DNA of 64,000 nucleotides from Nitrospirota bacterium (GCA_049325335.1 JBMOMC010000038.1:1-64000), one strand, 5' to 3'. Positions 1-9,375 are shown, numbered from the stretch's first letter. The notes: generated by a model from the sequence alone, not told the origin. Program-made: numbers and translations.

Positions 1-5
1 GAGTT

Positions 6-127
6 GTTCGGCGGCGCTCGCTTCGTTTGCGAGCCCCGCCGAGCGCGGCCTCTCACGCGCGCAACAACTCGCTGAGCTCGCGCCCCGTTCGGTGGACGGT
101 TGCGAGCGAAGCGAGCGTCCACCGAAC
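6..127 (-). repeat. attC-like imperfect palindrome(s) / ORF-less first integron cassette, probably continuing beyond the window start
   Basis: Perfect 12-bp inverted repeat GTTCGGTGGACG (87-98)/CGTCCACCGAAC (116-127). Related hairpin at 6-44 in the opposite orientation, both with a GCTCGCTTCG core. 1-8 is the inverse of 63-70. R''-like ACCGAAC/GCCGAAC boxes on the minus strand. Confidence 0.6.
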
Positions 128-140
128 ATAGTATTAGACG
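121..140 (-). promoter_or_regulatory. attI: putative attI recombination site
   Basis: Minus strand reads CGTCTAATACTAT-G^TTCGGT, an L-box/R-box arrangement ~100 bp upstream of and divergent from intI. R box deviates from GTTRRRY at one position. Confidence 0.55.
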
Positions 141-154
141 ACACCCGTGTCGTC

Positions 155-183
155 TTTAATTACGACAGCGGTTCACGTATAAT
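155..183 (+). promoter_or_regulatory. putative intI promoter
   Basis: TATAAT at 178-183 with weak TTTAAT -35 at 17-bp spacing; adjacent 9-bp inverted repeat at 136-155. Confidence 0.4.
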
Positions 184-225
184 CCTCTCTCTCAAGAAAG
201 TCAATCACTTCTGGAGGGCCCGGCC

Positions 226-1224
226 ATGATGTCGCCTTATAAGACGACGGATTCGGGAACTTTACAGAAACCACGATTGCTTGATCGCCTACGGGACGCG
301 ATCCGGGTGCGGCATTACAGTATCCGGACCGAGCAGGCCTACACCCACTGGGTGCGGCGGTTCATTTTCTTCCACAACAAGCGACACCCAGACGAGATGG
401 GGCGTCCTGAGATCGAGGCGTTCCTGACGCATCTGGCGGTCGAGGGCCATGTGGCTGCGTCCACCCAGAACCAGGCGCTCAACGCGATCGTCTTCCTGTA
501 CAAAGAGGTCCTTAAGCGGGAAGTGGGGCAGTTTGAGAAGATGGTGTGGGCCAAACGCAGCCAACGCGTGCCGGTGGTGTTGACGATCTCAGAGGTGACG
601 ACGGTGCTCAACCACATTGAGGGCGTGGCCGCCCTGATGGCTCGCTTGCTATATGGGTCGGGCCTACGCCTGATGGAATGTTGCCAACTGCGCGTGAAGG
701 ATCTGGATTTTGATTATCGGCAAATCACCGTGCGAGACGGTAAGGGCGCGAAGGACCGCGTGACCATGCTTCCTGCCTCACTGGTCGAGCCGATCAAGGG
801 GCATCTCCCAAGCGTCAAAGCGCTCCACGAACGTGATCTGGCCGAGGGGTTCGGCGCCGTGTATTTGCCGAATGCGCTTGAACGCAAGTATCCGAACGCG
901 AACCGCGAGTGGGGCTGGCAGTATGTGTTCCCGGCGTCCCATCGATCGGTCGATCCACGGTCGGGCGTGACCCGCCGCCACCACGTCGATCCTTCGGTGG
1001 CGCAACGGGCGGTCCGGCGGGCCGTGCGGTTGGCCGGGCTCACGAAGCCCGCCACCTGCCACACGTTTCGGCACTCGTTCGCCACTCATCTGCTTGCCAG
1101 TGGGTCGGATATCCGAACCGTGCAAGAGTTGCTCGGCCATCAAGACGTGAGTACGACGATGATCTATACCCACGTGCTCAAGCAGGGTGGACTGGGTGTG
1201 AAGAGCCCGTTGGATCTCGTCTAA
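226..1224 (+). CDS. intI: integron integrase (tyrosine recombinase)
   Basis: [18 protein letters not shown] and LLGH...TTMIYTH catalytic motifs plus the integron-specific insertion [20 protein letters not shown]...DPRSG..RRHH. Confidence 0.97.
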   Translation: MMSPYKTTDSGTLQKPRLLDRLRDAIRVRHYSIRTEQAYTHWVRRFIFFHNKRHPDEMGRPEIEAFLTHLAVEGHVAASTQNQALNAIVFLYKEVLKREVGQFEKMVWAKRSQRVPVVLTISEVTTVLNHIEGVAALMARLLYGSGLRLMECCQLRVKDLDFDYRQITVRDGKGAKDRVTMLPASLVEPIKGHLPSVKALHERDLAEGFGAVYLPNALERKYPNANREWGWQYVFPASHRSVDPRSGVTRRHHVDPSVAQRAVRRAVRLAGLTKPATCHTFRHSFATHLLASGSDIRTVQELLGHQDVSTTMIYTHVLKQGGLGVKSPLDLV

Positions 1225-1266
1225 TCAGGACGGTTCTTGTTTCGACCCTTTGTTGGGGAGATTGCG

Positions 1267-1656
1267 GTGAGCGGGATCACGTCGCGGCAACTCAAGGCGT
1301 TGTGGGCGCTATCGCATCGCGCGGGGTTGGATGATGCCGCGTTGCACGCGTTGGTGGCGTCGCGGACCGGTCGTGCGTCGGTGCGTGAGCTGCTGCAACG
1401 TGAGGCGGGGGCGCTGATCGAGGAGTTGGCGGCCGCGGTGGAAGGGCGGCCGGTGGTGGTCACACGGCCGGGGGCGGCCACGCGGGCGCAGGAGGCCATG
1501 TTGGCGCGGTTGGCCGACGAGATGCGGTGGCCGCCGGAGCGGTTGCCCGCGCTCGCGCGGCGTATGTACGGGGCGCGGGCGATCGGGGAATTGACCGTGA
1601 AGCAGGCGTCGGGGCTGATCGAGGCGTTAAAGGCGATGGCGACGCGAGCGGCGTGA
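1267..1656 (+). CDS. gemA: Mu-like phage GemA/gp16 (DUF1018) family protein
   Basis: GLDD..L.ALV..RTGR.S.REL and C-terminal QASGLIEALKAM motifs; GTG start preceded by GGGGAG. Confidence 0.75.
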   Translation: MSGITSRQLKALWALSHRAGLDDAALHALVASRTGRASVRELLQREAGALIEELAAAVEGRPVVVTRPGAATRAQEAMLARLADEMRWPPERLPALARRMYGARAIGELTVKQASGLIEALKAMATRAA

Positions 1657-1661
1657 ACACG

Positions 1662-1691
1662 GTTGGTCGGCCAGCCGGTTGACCGGCCAAC
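1662..1691. terminator. hairpin between convergent genes
   Basis: GTTGGTCGGCCAGCC/GGTTGACCGGCCAAC dyad with G:U pairs. Confidence 0.45.
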
Positions 1692-1702
1692 GCCCTCGTG
1701 TG

Positions 1703-2140
1703 TTATCGGCCGCGCGGCGGCGGGGTGTGGGAGGTTTGAAACCGTTGTTCTTCGCGCGCGACCCGTTCCAAGTGTTCGGTCAGGTTTTGGCACGGCACGC
1801 AGAGGCGCGCAAAGGGTTCGGCCTTGAGCCGGGCGATGGGGATGGCGCGGCGGCAGGCGTCGCAGACCCCGTAGCTGCGCGCGTCCATTCGGCGAAACGC
1901 TTCGGCGATGTCTTTGTAGGTGCGGTAGCGCATTTCCAGCAGTGCGTAGTCCACGCCCTCGCCCAGGTCCTTGGCGGCCAGATCTTCCACGTCCATGACC
2001 AGGTCGGGCTCTCGCGCGCCCGGGGTGGAGAGGCGGCGCCCGAGTTGCGTTTCGATGTCGCGCACCGTGCGCTCGCGCACGCCATGCAGCAGGGCCAGGA
2101 GTTCGTTGCGTCGTTGGGGACTGATGCGGGGACGCGTCAT
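1703..2140 (-). CDS. TraR/DksA C4-type zinc finger protein
   Basis: YGVCDACRRAIPIARLKAEPFARLCVPCQ. Confidence 0.9.
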   Translation of the reverse strand: MTRPRISPQRRNELLALLHGVRERTVRDIETQLGRRLSTPGAREPDLVMDVEDLAAKDLGEGVDYALLEMRYRTYKDIAEAFRRMDARSYGVCDACRRAIPIARLKAEPFARLCVPCQNLTEHLERVAREEQRFQTSHTPPPRGR

Positions 2141-2742
2141 GACGTAACTTCGTCGGCGCGCCGGTCGCCCGGCCGCCTGGACCCGACGGCGTGCCCGTTG
2201 TGGCGGGGCGTGCGGATCACGGTGCTGGCTTGCGGGCCCTTGTTGCCGTCGGTTTCCACGTACCGCACGGTTTCCCCGACTTCGAGGTGATCAAACGCCT
2301 CGTGCAATACGCTGTGGCGGTGAAAATAAATGTCGCGGCCGTCCGGGGTTTCGAGGAACCCGTAGTCTTCCACCGGGAAAAGGCGGCTGACCCGGGCTTC
2401 GGGCTGCGCCGCAGGACGGGGGACGACGGCGTCGATGCGCTGTTGCCGTCGGCGGTCGCGCAGGCGGCGGCGGGCCGCGTCGAACGCGTCGCGGATCGCC
2501 ACGTACAGATCCTCATGGCTCTCGCGTTTGATGACGAGTTCGGCGCCCGGGATGGTCACATCGATCCGCACGTGATACAGCACGCCGTGGTGCTGGTGTT
2601 TGTGCGGTTTTTCCACCAGGATCCGGCACCCGATGATCTGGTTGTCGACGGTTTCAAGCCGCGCCGCCTTCTCCTGAATCGTGGCTTTGGCCGCGTCCGA
2701 CAGCGACATGTTGCGCACGGTGATTTGCAGCGGATGTTTCAT
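2137..2742 (-). CDS. HPF/RaiA ribosome-associated domain fused to a cold-shock domain
   Basis: MKHPLQITVRN...HEDLYVAIRDAFDAARRRL followed by YGFLETPDGRDIYFH...GNKGPQA. Confidence 0.9.
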   Translation of the reverse strand: MKHPLQITVRNMSLSDAAKATIQEKAARLETVDNQIIGCRILVEKPHKHQHHGVLYHVRIDVTIPGAELVIKRESHEDLYVAIRDAFDAARRRLRDRRRQQRIDAVVPRPAAQPEARVSRLFPVEDYGFLETPDGRDIYFHRHSVLHEAFDHLEVGETVRYVETDGNKGPQASTVIRTPRHNGHAVGSRRPGDRRADEVTS

Positions 2743-3108
2743 GCGGGACTCCTTTGGTGACGGCCGCGCGCGCCGCGACCTCGTGGATGCCGTTGACGGC
2801 TTCACCGTACCAGACCCGGGCGGCGGAGCAGCAGCCCTCGCCGGAGGGAGGGCGACGACGCAAGAGGGGGATCATCTCTCCCTGAAAATAGGTAGGCGGC
2901 CCGGAGTCGATGCCGCAGGGGGTGGGCGATGGTCGGACGCACCACCCCCCATTTGGGGGGTTCCAATTTAAGGGGAGACGCGTCCACAATATCCCTCCGA
3001 ATCTCCCTCCTGCGAGGTCACTCGCAACGACAGACAGGCGTGAATGTCGGTTGGCTCACCATGGGCGACGAGAACGGGTGGTGTCCCGTTCGCTGAGGAG
3101 GCGGTGAC

Positions 3109-3888
3109 ATGGACGTAACGCTTGATCGAGCGGAACGCGCGCACGACGGGATCTCCACTGCGGCCCGCGCGGACCACGGGCTCGCACGCCTGGAGGCGCC
3201 CCGCGCGGGCGACGACGTCTTCGGCGCGCTGGCGCGCGAGTGCGCCGTGGCCGAGGAGCGCCGGGTCATCGCGGGTGAATTACACGACGGGGTGGCGCAA
3301 TCGGTGGCCGCGCTGAGCGTTCAGGCGGCCACCGTGCATTCCCTGTTGGCGCGGGGCGCCGTCGCGGGCGCGCGGCGCGAACTGGCCGCGATGCGGGAGG
3401 TGATCGCGGACGCGGACCACGACGTGCGGCGGATGCTCGCGGAGTTGCGCACCGTGCCGGCGGCGTATCACGGGTCGTTCGCGGGGGCGCTGGACGAGCA
3501 GATCGCCGCGTTCGGCCGGCGCACCGGGCTGCGCGTCGAGCTGACCGGCAAGGCCCGTCTGGCCGCGTTGTCGGCAGGCCAGCAGGCCGAGGTGTTTCGG
3601 ATCATCCGGGAAGCGCTGGCCAATGTCCGGAAACACGCGGGGGCGCGCCGCGTTCGGATCGCGTGTGAACGGGACAACGGCCGGTGCGTGGTGCGGATCA
3701 CGGACGACGGGGTGGGGTTCGATCCCGCGGCCATGAGCGAGTCGGACGGCCGGTCCGTGGGCACGTCGATGTTGCGCGAACGCGCGGCCAAGGCGCGCGG
3801 CCGGTTGACCATCGAGTCGCGGCCGGGGCGGGGGACGACGGTGAGCGTGTCGGTGCCGGTTGCCGCGGCCGACGAGCGGAGCGCGTGA
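3109..3888 (+). CDS. HisKA_3 (NarX/UhpB-type) histidine kinase without TM or sensor domain
   Basis: ERRVIAGELHDGVAQ H-box, EALANVRKHA N-box, DDGVGFD G1 box. Confidence 0.9.
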   Translation: MDVTLDRAERAHDGISTAARADHGLARLEAPRAGDDVFGALARECAVAEERRVIAGELHDGVAQSVAALSVQAATVHSLLARGAVAGARRELAAMREVIADADHDVRRMLAELRTVPAAYHGSFAGALDEQIAAFGRRTGLRVELTGKARLAALSAGQQAEVFRIIREALANVRKHAGARRVRIACERDNGRCVVRITDDGVGFDPAAMSESDGRSVGTSMLRERAAKARGRLTIESRPGRGTTVSVSVPVAAADERSA

Positions 3889-4649
3889 TGAGCCCCACGC
3901 GTTCGCGCGAGCGCCGGATCACGGCGTTGGTGGTGGATGACCACACGTTGCTGCGCAAAGGGCTCGTGACCCTGCTCACCGACCGCGGGATCGAGGTCGT
4001 GGGCGAGGCCAAGGACGGGCGATCCGGCATCGAGCAGGCCGTCGCGCTTAGGCCGGACGTCATTTTGATGGACGTGAACATGCCGGCGTGCGGGGGCATC
4101 GAAGCGACCCGCGCCATTTACGAGGGGCTGCCCGACTCGCGGGTGCTGATGTTGACCGTCTCGGATGACGACGAGCACTTGTTCGCCGCGGTGAAGGCGG
4201 GTGCCCGGGGGTACGTGCTCAAGACCGTGGACCCCGACGAATTAGTGAACGCGATCGAACGGGTGGTGAACGGCGAGGCCGTCATTCCGCACCACATGGC
4301 CTTGAAGTTCGTGCACCAGTTCGCGGCCATGGCTCGGGGTCGGGTCTCACCGATGGCCGGAGCAACCCAAATGTTGACCACGCGCGAGGAGGATATTTTG
4401 CGTCAGTTGGCCAACGGCGCGACGAATAAAGAAATTGCTAGAGTTCTCGTCATTTCGGAGCATACGGTTAAGATTCACTTAAAGAATATTCTCAAGAAAT
4501 TACGCGTGAGTAACCGCACGCAGGCCGCGATCTACGCGCAACGACACGGGCTGGTGTCGGCCGCGACGCCGGCCGTGTCCAAGGACTCGAGACCAGGAGG
4601 GGCCTTGCGTGCGCCGGACCGCCATCGGGAGCCCTCCGGTTCGAGGTAG
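3888..4649 (+). CDS. NarL/LuxR-family response regulator
   Basis: VVDDH...PDVILMDVNMP receiver domain; LTTREEDILRQLANGATNKEIA...TVKIHLKNILKKL HTH. ATG overlaps the kinase stop. Confidence 0.95.
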   Translation: MSPTRSRERRITALVVDDHTLLRKGLVTLLTDRGIEVVGEAKDGRSGIEQAVALRPDVILMDVNMPACGGIEATRAIYEGLPDSRVLMLTVSDDDEHLFAAVKAGARGYVLKTVDPDELVNAIERVVNGEAVIPHHMALKFVHQFAAMARGRVSPMAGATQMLTTREEDILRQLANGATNKEIARVLVISEHTVKIHLKNILKKLRVSNRTQAAIYAQRHGLVSAATPAVSKDSRPGGALRAPDRHREPSGSR

Positions 4650-4778
4650 GGTGATCCCTCGATTGTTCCGGTCGGATCGACTGAAGGGGGCATGGCGTTT
4701 TTGTCGGGTGGGTGGTACACATGAGCGGTGAGCCACGGGCTCGCCGGCTTAGGGTGATGGGATACCGGAAAGGAGCAT

Positions 4779-5225
4779 ATGCGGACGGAATCTGCCTGTG
4801 AGGTGCCTGCCAAGAATCTGTCGGACGCCGAGGCGCGACGCCTCATGGGAGGGGGGACGACCATTGCGGTAGTGGGGTGTTCGACGAATCCGGAAAAGCC
4901 GGCGCACTTCGTGCCCAAGTACTTGCAGGAGCAGGGGTACACCATTATCCCGGTGAATCCCACGGCGACCGGCGAAATTTTGGGGAAGACCGTGTACCCG
5001 TCGCTGCGCGCAGTGCCGGTACCGGTGGATATCGTGGACATCTTCAGGCCGGCCGCGGACGTGCCTCCGATCGTGGAGGAGGCGATCGCGATCAAGGCCC
5101 AGGCCGTCTGGATGCAGGAAGGTATCGTGCACAACGCCGCGGCCGACCGCGCCCGGGCCGCGGGGCTGCAGGTGGTGATGAACAAGTGTATGAAGAAAGT
5201 CCACGCGGGGCAGTCGGGAGCGTGA
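4779..5225 (+). CDS. CoA-binding protein (YccU-like)
   Basis: TIAVVGCS.NP.KP...YLQEQGY.IIPVNP, VDIVDIFR, VWMQEG; AAGGAG RBS. Confidence 0.93.
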   Translation: MRTESACEVPAKNLSDAEARRLMGGGTTIAVVGCSTNPEKPAHFVPKYLQEQGYTIIPVNPTATGEILGKTVYPSLRAVPVPVDIVDIFRPAADVPPIVEEAIAIKAQAVWMQEGIVHNAAADRARAAGLQVVMNKCMKKVHAGQSGA

Positions 5226-5275
5226 GTATCCGCTGGGAACGTTTATGAGGGCGGTTTTCCACAGAAAAGGAGGGC

Positions 5276-5788
5276 ATGATGGCGGACGCAAAAACACTTG
5301 AGGTGGGGGAAATTGAAAAGACGTCGGCAAAACGGGACGAATCGTTATGGACGAGCCTGGCAAAGCTCGAACGCGACATGGAGCGGATGGTCGAGGGGTT
5401 CTGGGGACGGTCGTTCCCGTTGGCGCGGGATGTCGAGCGCTTCTTGGGATTGCCGGCCATCCGTGAGATGCCGGTGGAAATGTACGACGACAAGGATGAT
5501 CTGGTGGTGAAAGCGGAACTGCCCGGCGTGACCAAGCAGGACCTGGAGGTGACGCTCGCGGACAACCGCCTGACCATCTCGGCCGAGAAAAAGCGCGAAA
5601 CCGAGAAGCGGGAAAAGGGTCGGTACATGGCTGAAGTGGGTTATGGACGCTGCGTGCGAACCCTTGAGCTGCCGGTCGGGATCGTTCCCGACAAGGCCAA
5701 AGCCTCGCTGAAGAATGGTCAGTTGGAGATTCGGCTTCCTCGGACCGAGGATGCCAAACGCCGCGAGGTGAAAATCAGCGTGGAGTAG
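5276..5788 (+). CDS. small heat-shock protein Hsp20/alpha-crystallin
   Basis: VVKAELPGV, LTISAEK, ASLKNGQLEIRLP; AAGGAGG RBS. Confidence 0.95.
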   Translation: MMADAKTLEVGEIEKTSAKRDESLWTSLAKLERDMERMVEGFWGRSFPLARDVERFLGLPAIREMPVEMYDDKDDLVVKAELPGVTKQDLEVTLADNRLTISAEKKRETEKREKGRYMAEVGYGRCVRTLELPVGIVPDKAKASLKNGQLEIRLPRTEDAKRREVKISVE

Positions 5789-5912
5789 GGATCGTGGAGG
5801 GCTTCTCCGCTTCTGCGGAGGGGCGATGCGCATGCCGTGCCGTCTGGCACGGGGCAGGGTCTCGGCGCGGGAGGCCGCGCGTAGCGCACGACGCACGCGA
5901 GGGGGGAGGGAC

Positions 5913-6401
5913 ATGAGCGTCACGAAGCGGCTGAAAGAGTATCTTGACGAGAACGGGGCCGGATACGAGGTGATCGAACACCCGCCGACGCTCAGCGCTC
6001 CGGCCACCGCCGAGGCGCTCCACGTTCCGGGGAAAACCGTGGCCAAGGTGGTAATGATCAAGGACGGCCCGGACGACGTGATGACCGTGCTGCCCGCGAG
6101 CTTGAAGGTGGACGTGCTGCGCATCCAGGAAGTGCTCGGCCACCGGTGGAACCGTCGCATCCGGCTGGCCACGGAATCCGAGTTCGCCAAGTTGTTTCCC
6201 GACTGCGAAGTGGGGATGATGCCGCCGTTCGGTAATCTGTACGGCCTGGACGTGGTGGTGGACTCCTCGCTGACCGAGGACGAGGCGATCGTGTTCCCGG
6301 CCGGCAATTCCCGCGAATCGATCCGCATGCGGTACGACGATTACGAGCGGCTGGTCATCCCGCGCGTGGTGGATTTCGGGTCGAACGTGTTGGGTCGCTG
6401 A
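5913..6401 (+). CDS. YbaK/EbsC aminoacyl-tRNA deacylase family protein
   Basis: AKVVMIK, RLATESEFAKLFPDCEVGMMPPFG; GGAGG RBS. Confidence 0.92.
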   Translation: MSVTKRLKEYLDENGAGYEVIEHPPTLSAPATAEALHVPGKTVAKVVMIKDGPDDVMTVLPASLKVDVLRIQEVLGHRWNRRIRLATESEFAKLFPDCEVGMMPPFGNLYGLDVVVDSSLTEDEAIVFPAGNSRESIRMRYDDYERLVIPRVVDFGSNVLGR

Positions 6402-6467
6402 GCCCACAACGGGCCGGTCGATTCGGTCGAGGCAACCGATCGTTCCACGGGCCTCTTGAGCGATCTA

Positions 6468-8333
6468 CTAAAATCGTTCGGCGAGGCTGTCGAGATCCTC
6501 AAGCCCGTTGACCGGGCTGCACAACACGCTGTTGCGGGAGTTGCTGGCCGGCAGGTAGTAGTACATCCTGCCGATGTGCCGAACCACCATCTTTTGGAGC
6601 CGGAGCTTAGCGAGGGCCGGATTCGCGGGCTCGCCGAAGAAGCGCGGATCCATGCGCGCGGAGGACACCACGGCGGTGCGGTCCGTGTCGCGCCACGAGA
6701 ACGCATACCGCCACGACCTCCCTCGGATGTACATGTCTTGGTCCGTCAGCGCGATCAGGACCGCATCGTGTTCCGTCGCCGGTGTCGCGTGGCGCCGCCT
6801 GACCAGGTCGAGGAGCGCTTCGGCGATCACCTGTTCGCGGTCCCAGTCGAACGGGCTGTCTTCGCCTTCGAAACTGACGCTGGGCAACACGGTGGCGGTG
6901 ATGTGGTAGCGCCCGCGGTACAAGTCCGCCAGACGGAACGCTTCCTCGCGTGGGAAATCCCCCACCGGTGCGAAATAGATCGGACCGCTTCCAGTCAGCG
7001 CAGGCGCGGGTCCGGCTGGCAGGTCCTTGTCGAGGCAATCCACGTCGTTCAGCGCGTCGAGCGCGAGGCGACGAATCTCTTCTGCATGGGGCGGTCCTTC
7101 GAAGTAGCTCAGTCGGACGATTTCATAGAGTCCCTCTTTCCCCCAGTCCGTGGCCACCTCGGCGTATGGATAGGCGCCGGGCGCGATGGCGCCGGCTCTG
7201 AGCCGCGCGGCCTCGTACTGTCCGATGACGCACCGCAGATCCAGATAGGGACTGTGGATCACGAAGATCAGGGCGAGGAATCCGGCCGCCGCGGCATAGT
7301 TCGTGGCGGCGAACCGAGGGCCGTGGCGCGGACCGACCACGGAAGCGATCAGGTATCCGAACGCGTATAAGGCGAGCATCGTCACGCACAGGATTTCGGT
7401 CACCGCGGACCACGTCCAGGCCGATCGCATCGCGTCATCAGTGATCCAATAGCCGTAGAGAGCCAACCCTACGGGCAAGATCGCGGTCGTGGCGGTTCGT
7501 CCGGCGTGAACCCATCGATGCAGCGGATCGCCGGTTCTTCCCTCCGGGTACGACGCGTTGAGCCCCAGCACGGCCAGGAGGGCGACCGGGAGGATCAATG
7601 GCGCCCCTGAACCGTGCCAAGGCGGAGCCAGCAGCGCGAGCGACATGGACGCCGTGAAGGCCAGCAGTGCGACCGCCAAAACCGGGAGCAACCACGGCAA
7701 GTTTCGCGCCCCCCGTTCGTACACCCGATGGAGCGCCGGTTCATAGGTTCGGCACATGATGACGCCGAGTCCGAAGGACAACGCGTTGATCGGGTTGAGC
7801 GCGATGTCGGATTGATCGCGATACGGGACCTGTTGTGCGGCGATGAACCAGATGATCACGAACAGGATCTGTCCCACGACGGCATAGGTCAGCGCCGTCC
7901 ATGCCGCGATCACCGCGGTGAACACCGTTTGCCACGCGGTTCGGCACACCAGGGGGTACGGCAACCGCCACGAGCCGACGGTCAACGCGGCGCGCACCAA
8001 CGAACTCAGCACGATGCCGGCCGCGGCCATGGCGACAGTGAACGGGATCAACACGGCCGGGGCTCGTCCGGGGGAGTCGATGGCGCCGCCGACGTGGACC
8101 GCGAGCGGGGCGAGGAGCAGGCCGAACAGCCCTGCGTAGGCCCAGATTCGGAGGTCGCGAACCGCGACGAGCGTCAGTTGCAAAAAGAGTGGAACGCCGA
8201 CGGCCAGGGTGTACCAGAGCGTGCGCGACGCATAATCATCGCCGACCACCCTCGGTAACAGGACGAGCAGCGCGCTCTGGCCCAGCGCGATTCCCGCGAT
8301 GCACACCGCGTATCGTCGATCGAATGCGCCCAT
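6468..8333 (-). CDS. multi-TM membrane protein (DUF4153-like) with a C-terminal degenerate archaemetzincin-like domain
   Basis: About 10 hydrophobic segments; C-terminal LIALTDQDMY...YAF...AVVSSARMDP...RLQKMVVRHIG...SVL.SP. Confidence 0.65.
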   Translation of the reverse strand: MGAFDRRYAVCIAGIALGQSALLVLLPRVVGDDYASRTLWYTLAVGVPLFLQLTLVAVRDLRIWAYAGLFGLLLAPLAVHVGGAIDSPGRAPAVLIPFTVAMAAAGIVLSSLVRAALTVGSWRLPYPLVCRTAWQTVFTAVIAAWTALTYAVVGQILFVIIWFIAAQQVPYRDQSDIALNPINALSFGLGVIMCRTYEPALHRVYERGARNLPWLLPVLAVALLAFTASMSLALLAPPWHGSGAPLILPVALLAVLGLNASYPEGRTGDPLHRWVHAGRTATTAILPVGLALYGYWITDDAMRSAWTWSAVTEILCVTMLALYAFGYLIASVVGPRHGPRFAATNYAAAAGFLALIFVIHSPYLDLRCVIGQYEAARLRAGAIAPGAYPYAEVATDWGKEGLYEIVRLSYFEGPPHAEEIRRLALDALNDVDCLDKDLPAGPAPALTGSGPIYFAPVGDFPREEAFRLADLYRGRYHITATVLPSVSFEGEDSPFDWDREQVIAEALLDLVRRRHATPATEHDAVLIALTDQDMYIRGRSWRYAFSWRDTDRTAVVSSARMDPRFFGEPANPALAKLRLQKMVVRHIGRMYYYLPASNSRNSVLCSPVNGLEDLDSLAERF

Positions 8334-8689
8334 TGGGTCTCCGGCTCCGTCGGAATGCGCGTAAAGTATAGCCGCAACCCCGTGGGAGCGCGTCTACGGC
8401 CCGCACTCCGAACGAGGGGGGCGCGGCGGGACGTTGCGACACGAGAGCCGGAGCAGCCGAGGAAAACTGTGGACGAACGCGTGACAATACGCGACCGACC
8501 AAGGGGAAACCATCCCGGACGAATCGATCGTGCGAAGCGCTTGGACCGCGACGCGTTCGACCCGAAGGCCGCGCCGCCCGGGATCGCGAACATGGAGCAG
8601 GCCACGGTCGTCCCTTCCCAACCCGAGGCATGGAGAACCATGCTGGAGGGCACGATCAGAAACACGTACCACGCCCCGGCGTCGAAGGT

Positions 8690-9154
8690 TTAGGCGACGC
8701 GTTTGTGTTCCGGGTTCCCGTTCCGGCTGTCCGCGATCTGCGGTGCGCACGTGTTGACCCAGGTGACAATTACCCACGCGGCGGCGGCAACGATCGCGAT
8801 CACGAAGGCCCAGTTGTAGACTGGTTGTCCGCCTTTACCGAGCAGCGGGCCGAGCCCCAACAACGCGACGTGGTACGCGAGCGGCAGCACCACCAACACG
8901 GCAACCGGAACCACTATTGCACGGAACGGGCCGAGCCATTTCCAGTCGTCGGATTGATCCGCCGCGATCTGCCGGGCACCGAAGAAGATCGTGACCAGGG
9001 CCGCGCCGTACCCGATGAACTGCACGAGATTCGACGCCCGGAATTTCCCGATCGTGGCTTCCCGAAAGAGGGGGATCTGTCCGAGAATCGCGGCGAACAC
9101 GGCCGCCAACGCGACGGCCACGCCGTATTGCATTATCCATCTCTTGGTGTGCAT
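8690..9154 (-). CDS. hypothetical 4-TM membrane protein
   Basis: MHTKRWIMQYGVAVALAAVF...; four hydrophobic helices; GAGGGAG RBS. Confidence 0.75.
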   Translation of the reverse strand: MHTKRWIMQYGVAVALAAVFAAILGQIPLFREATIGKFRASNLVQFIGYGAALVTIFFGARQIAADQSDDWKWLGPFRAIVVPVAVLVVLPLAYHVALLGLGPLLGKGGQPVYNWAFVIAIVAAAAWVIVTWVNTCAPQIADSRNGNPEHKRVA

Positions 9155-9375
9155 GTTTGCTCCCTCGCGTGTGTCCCGCCCTCGATCGGACGGCGAACGG
9201 GTGCGCCGACTAACCAGAGGGAGAACGTTGGCAAGCATAGCATACTGCGTCGGGGCTGTCGTTGTGAGTCGGGGCCTGAACGTGTGATACGGTTCAGTCG
9301 ATACGTTCAAGGAGTCGATGATGGAACAGCCATGACGATCGAGCCGATCGGGAAGCCCCCACCGAGTCGGCTCGT

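Noticed and set aside
1..130. CRISPR array
   Set aside because: The repeats are inverted hairpins without regular repeat-spacer periodicity; no cas genes; the intI context explains them.
160..200. LexA (SOS) box at the intI promoter
   Set aside because: No CTGT-N8-ACAG or GAAC-N4-GTTC match; the lineage-specific box cannot be established from this sequence.
1267..1656. Intact Mu-like prophage
   Set aside because: No transposase A/B, Mor/C or structural genes nearby.
8355..8693. Possible small CDS on the + strand
   Set aside because: No family motif or convincing RBS; overlapping alternative ORFs are equally weak.
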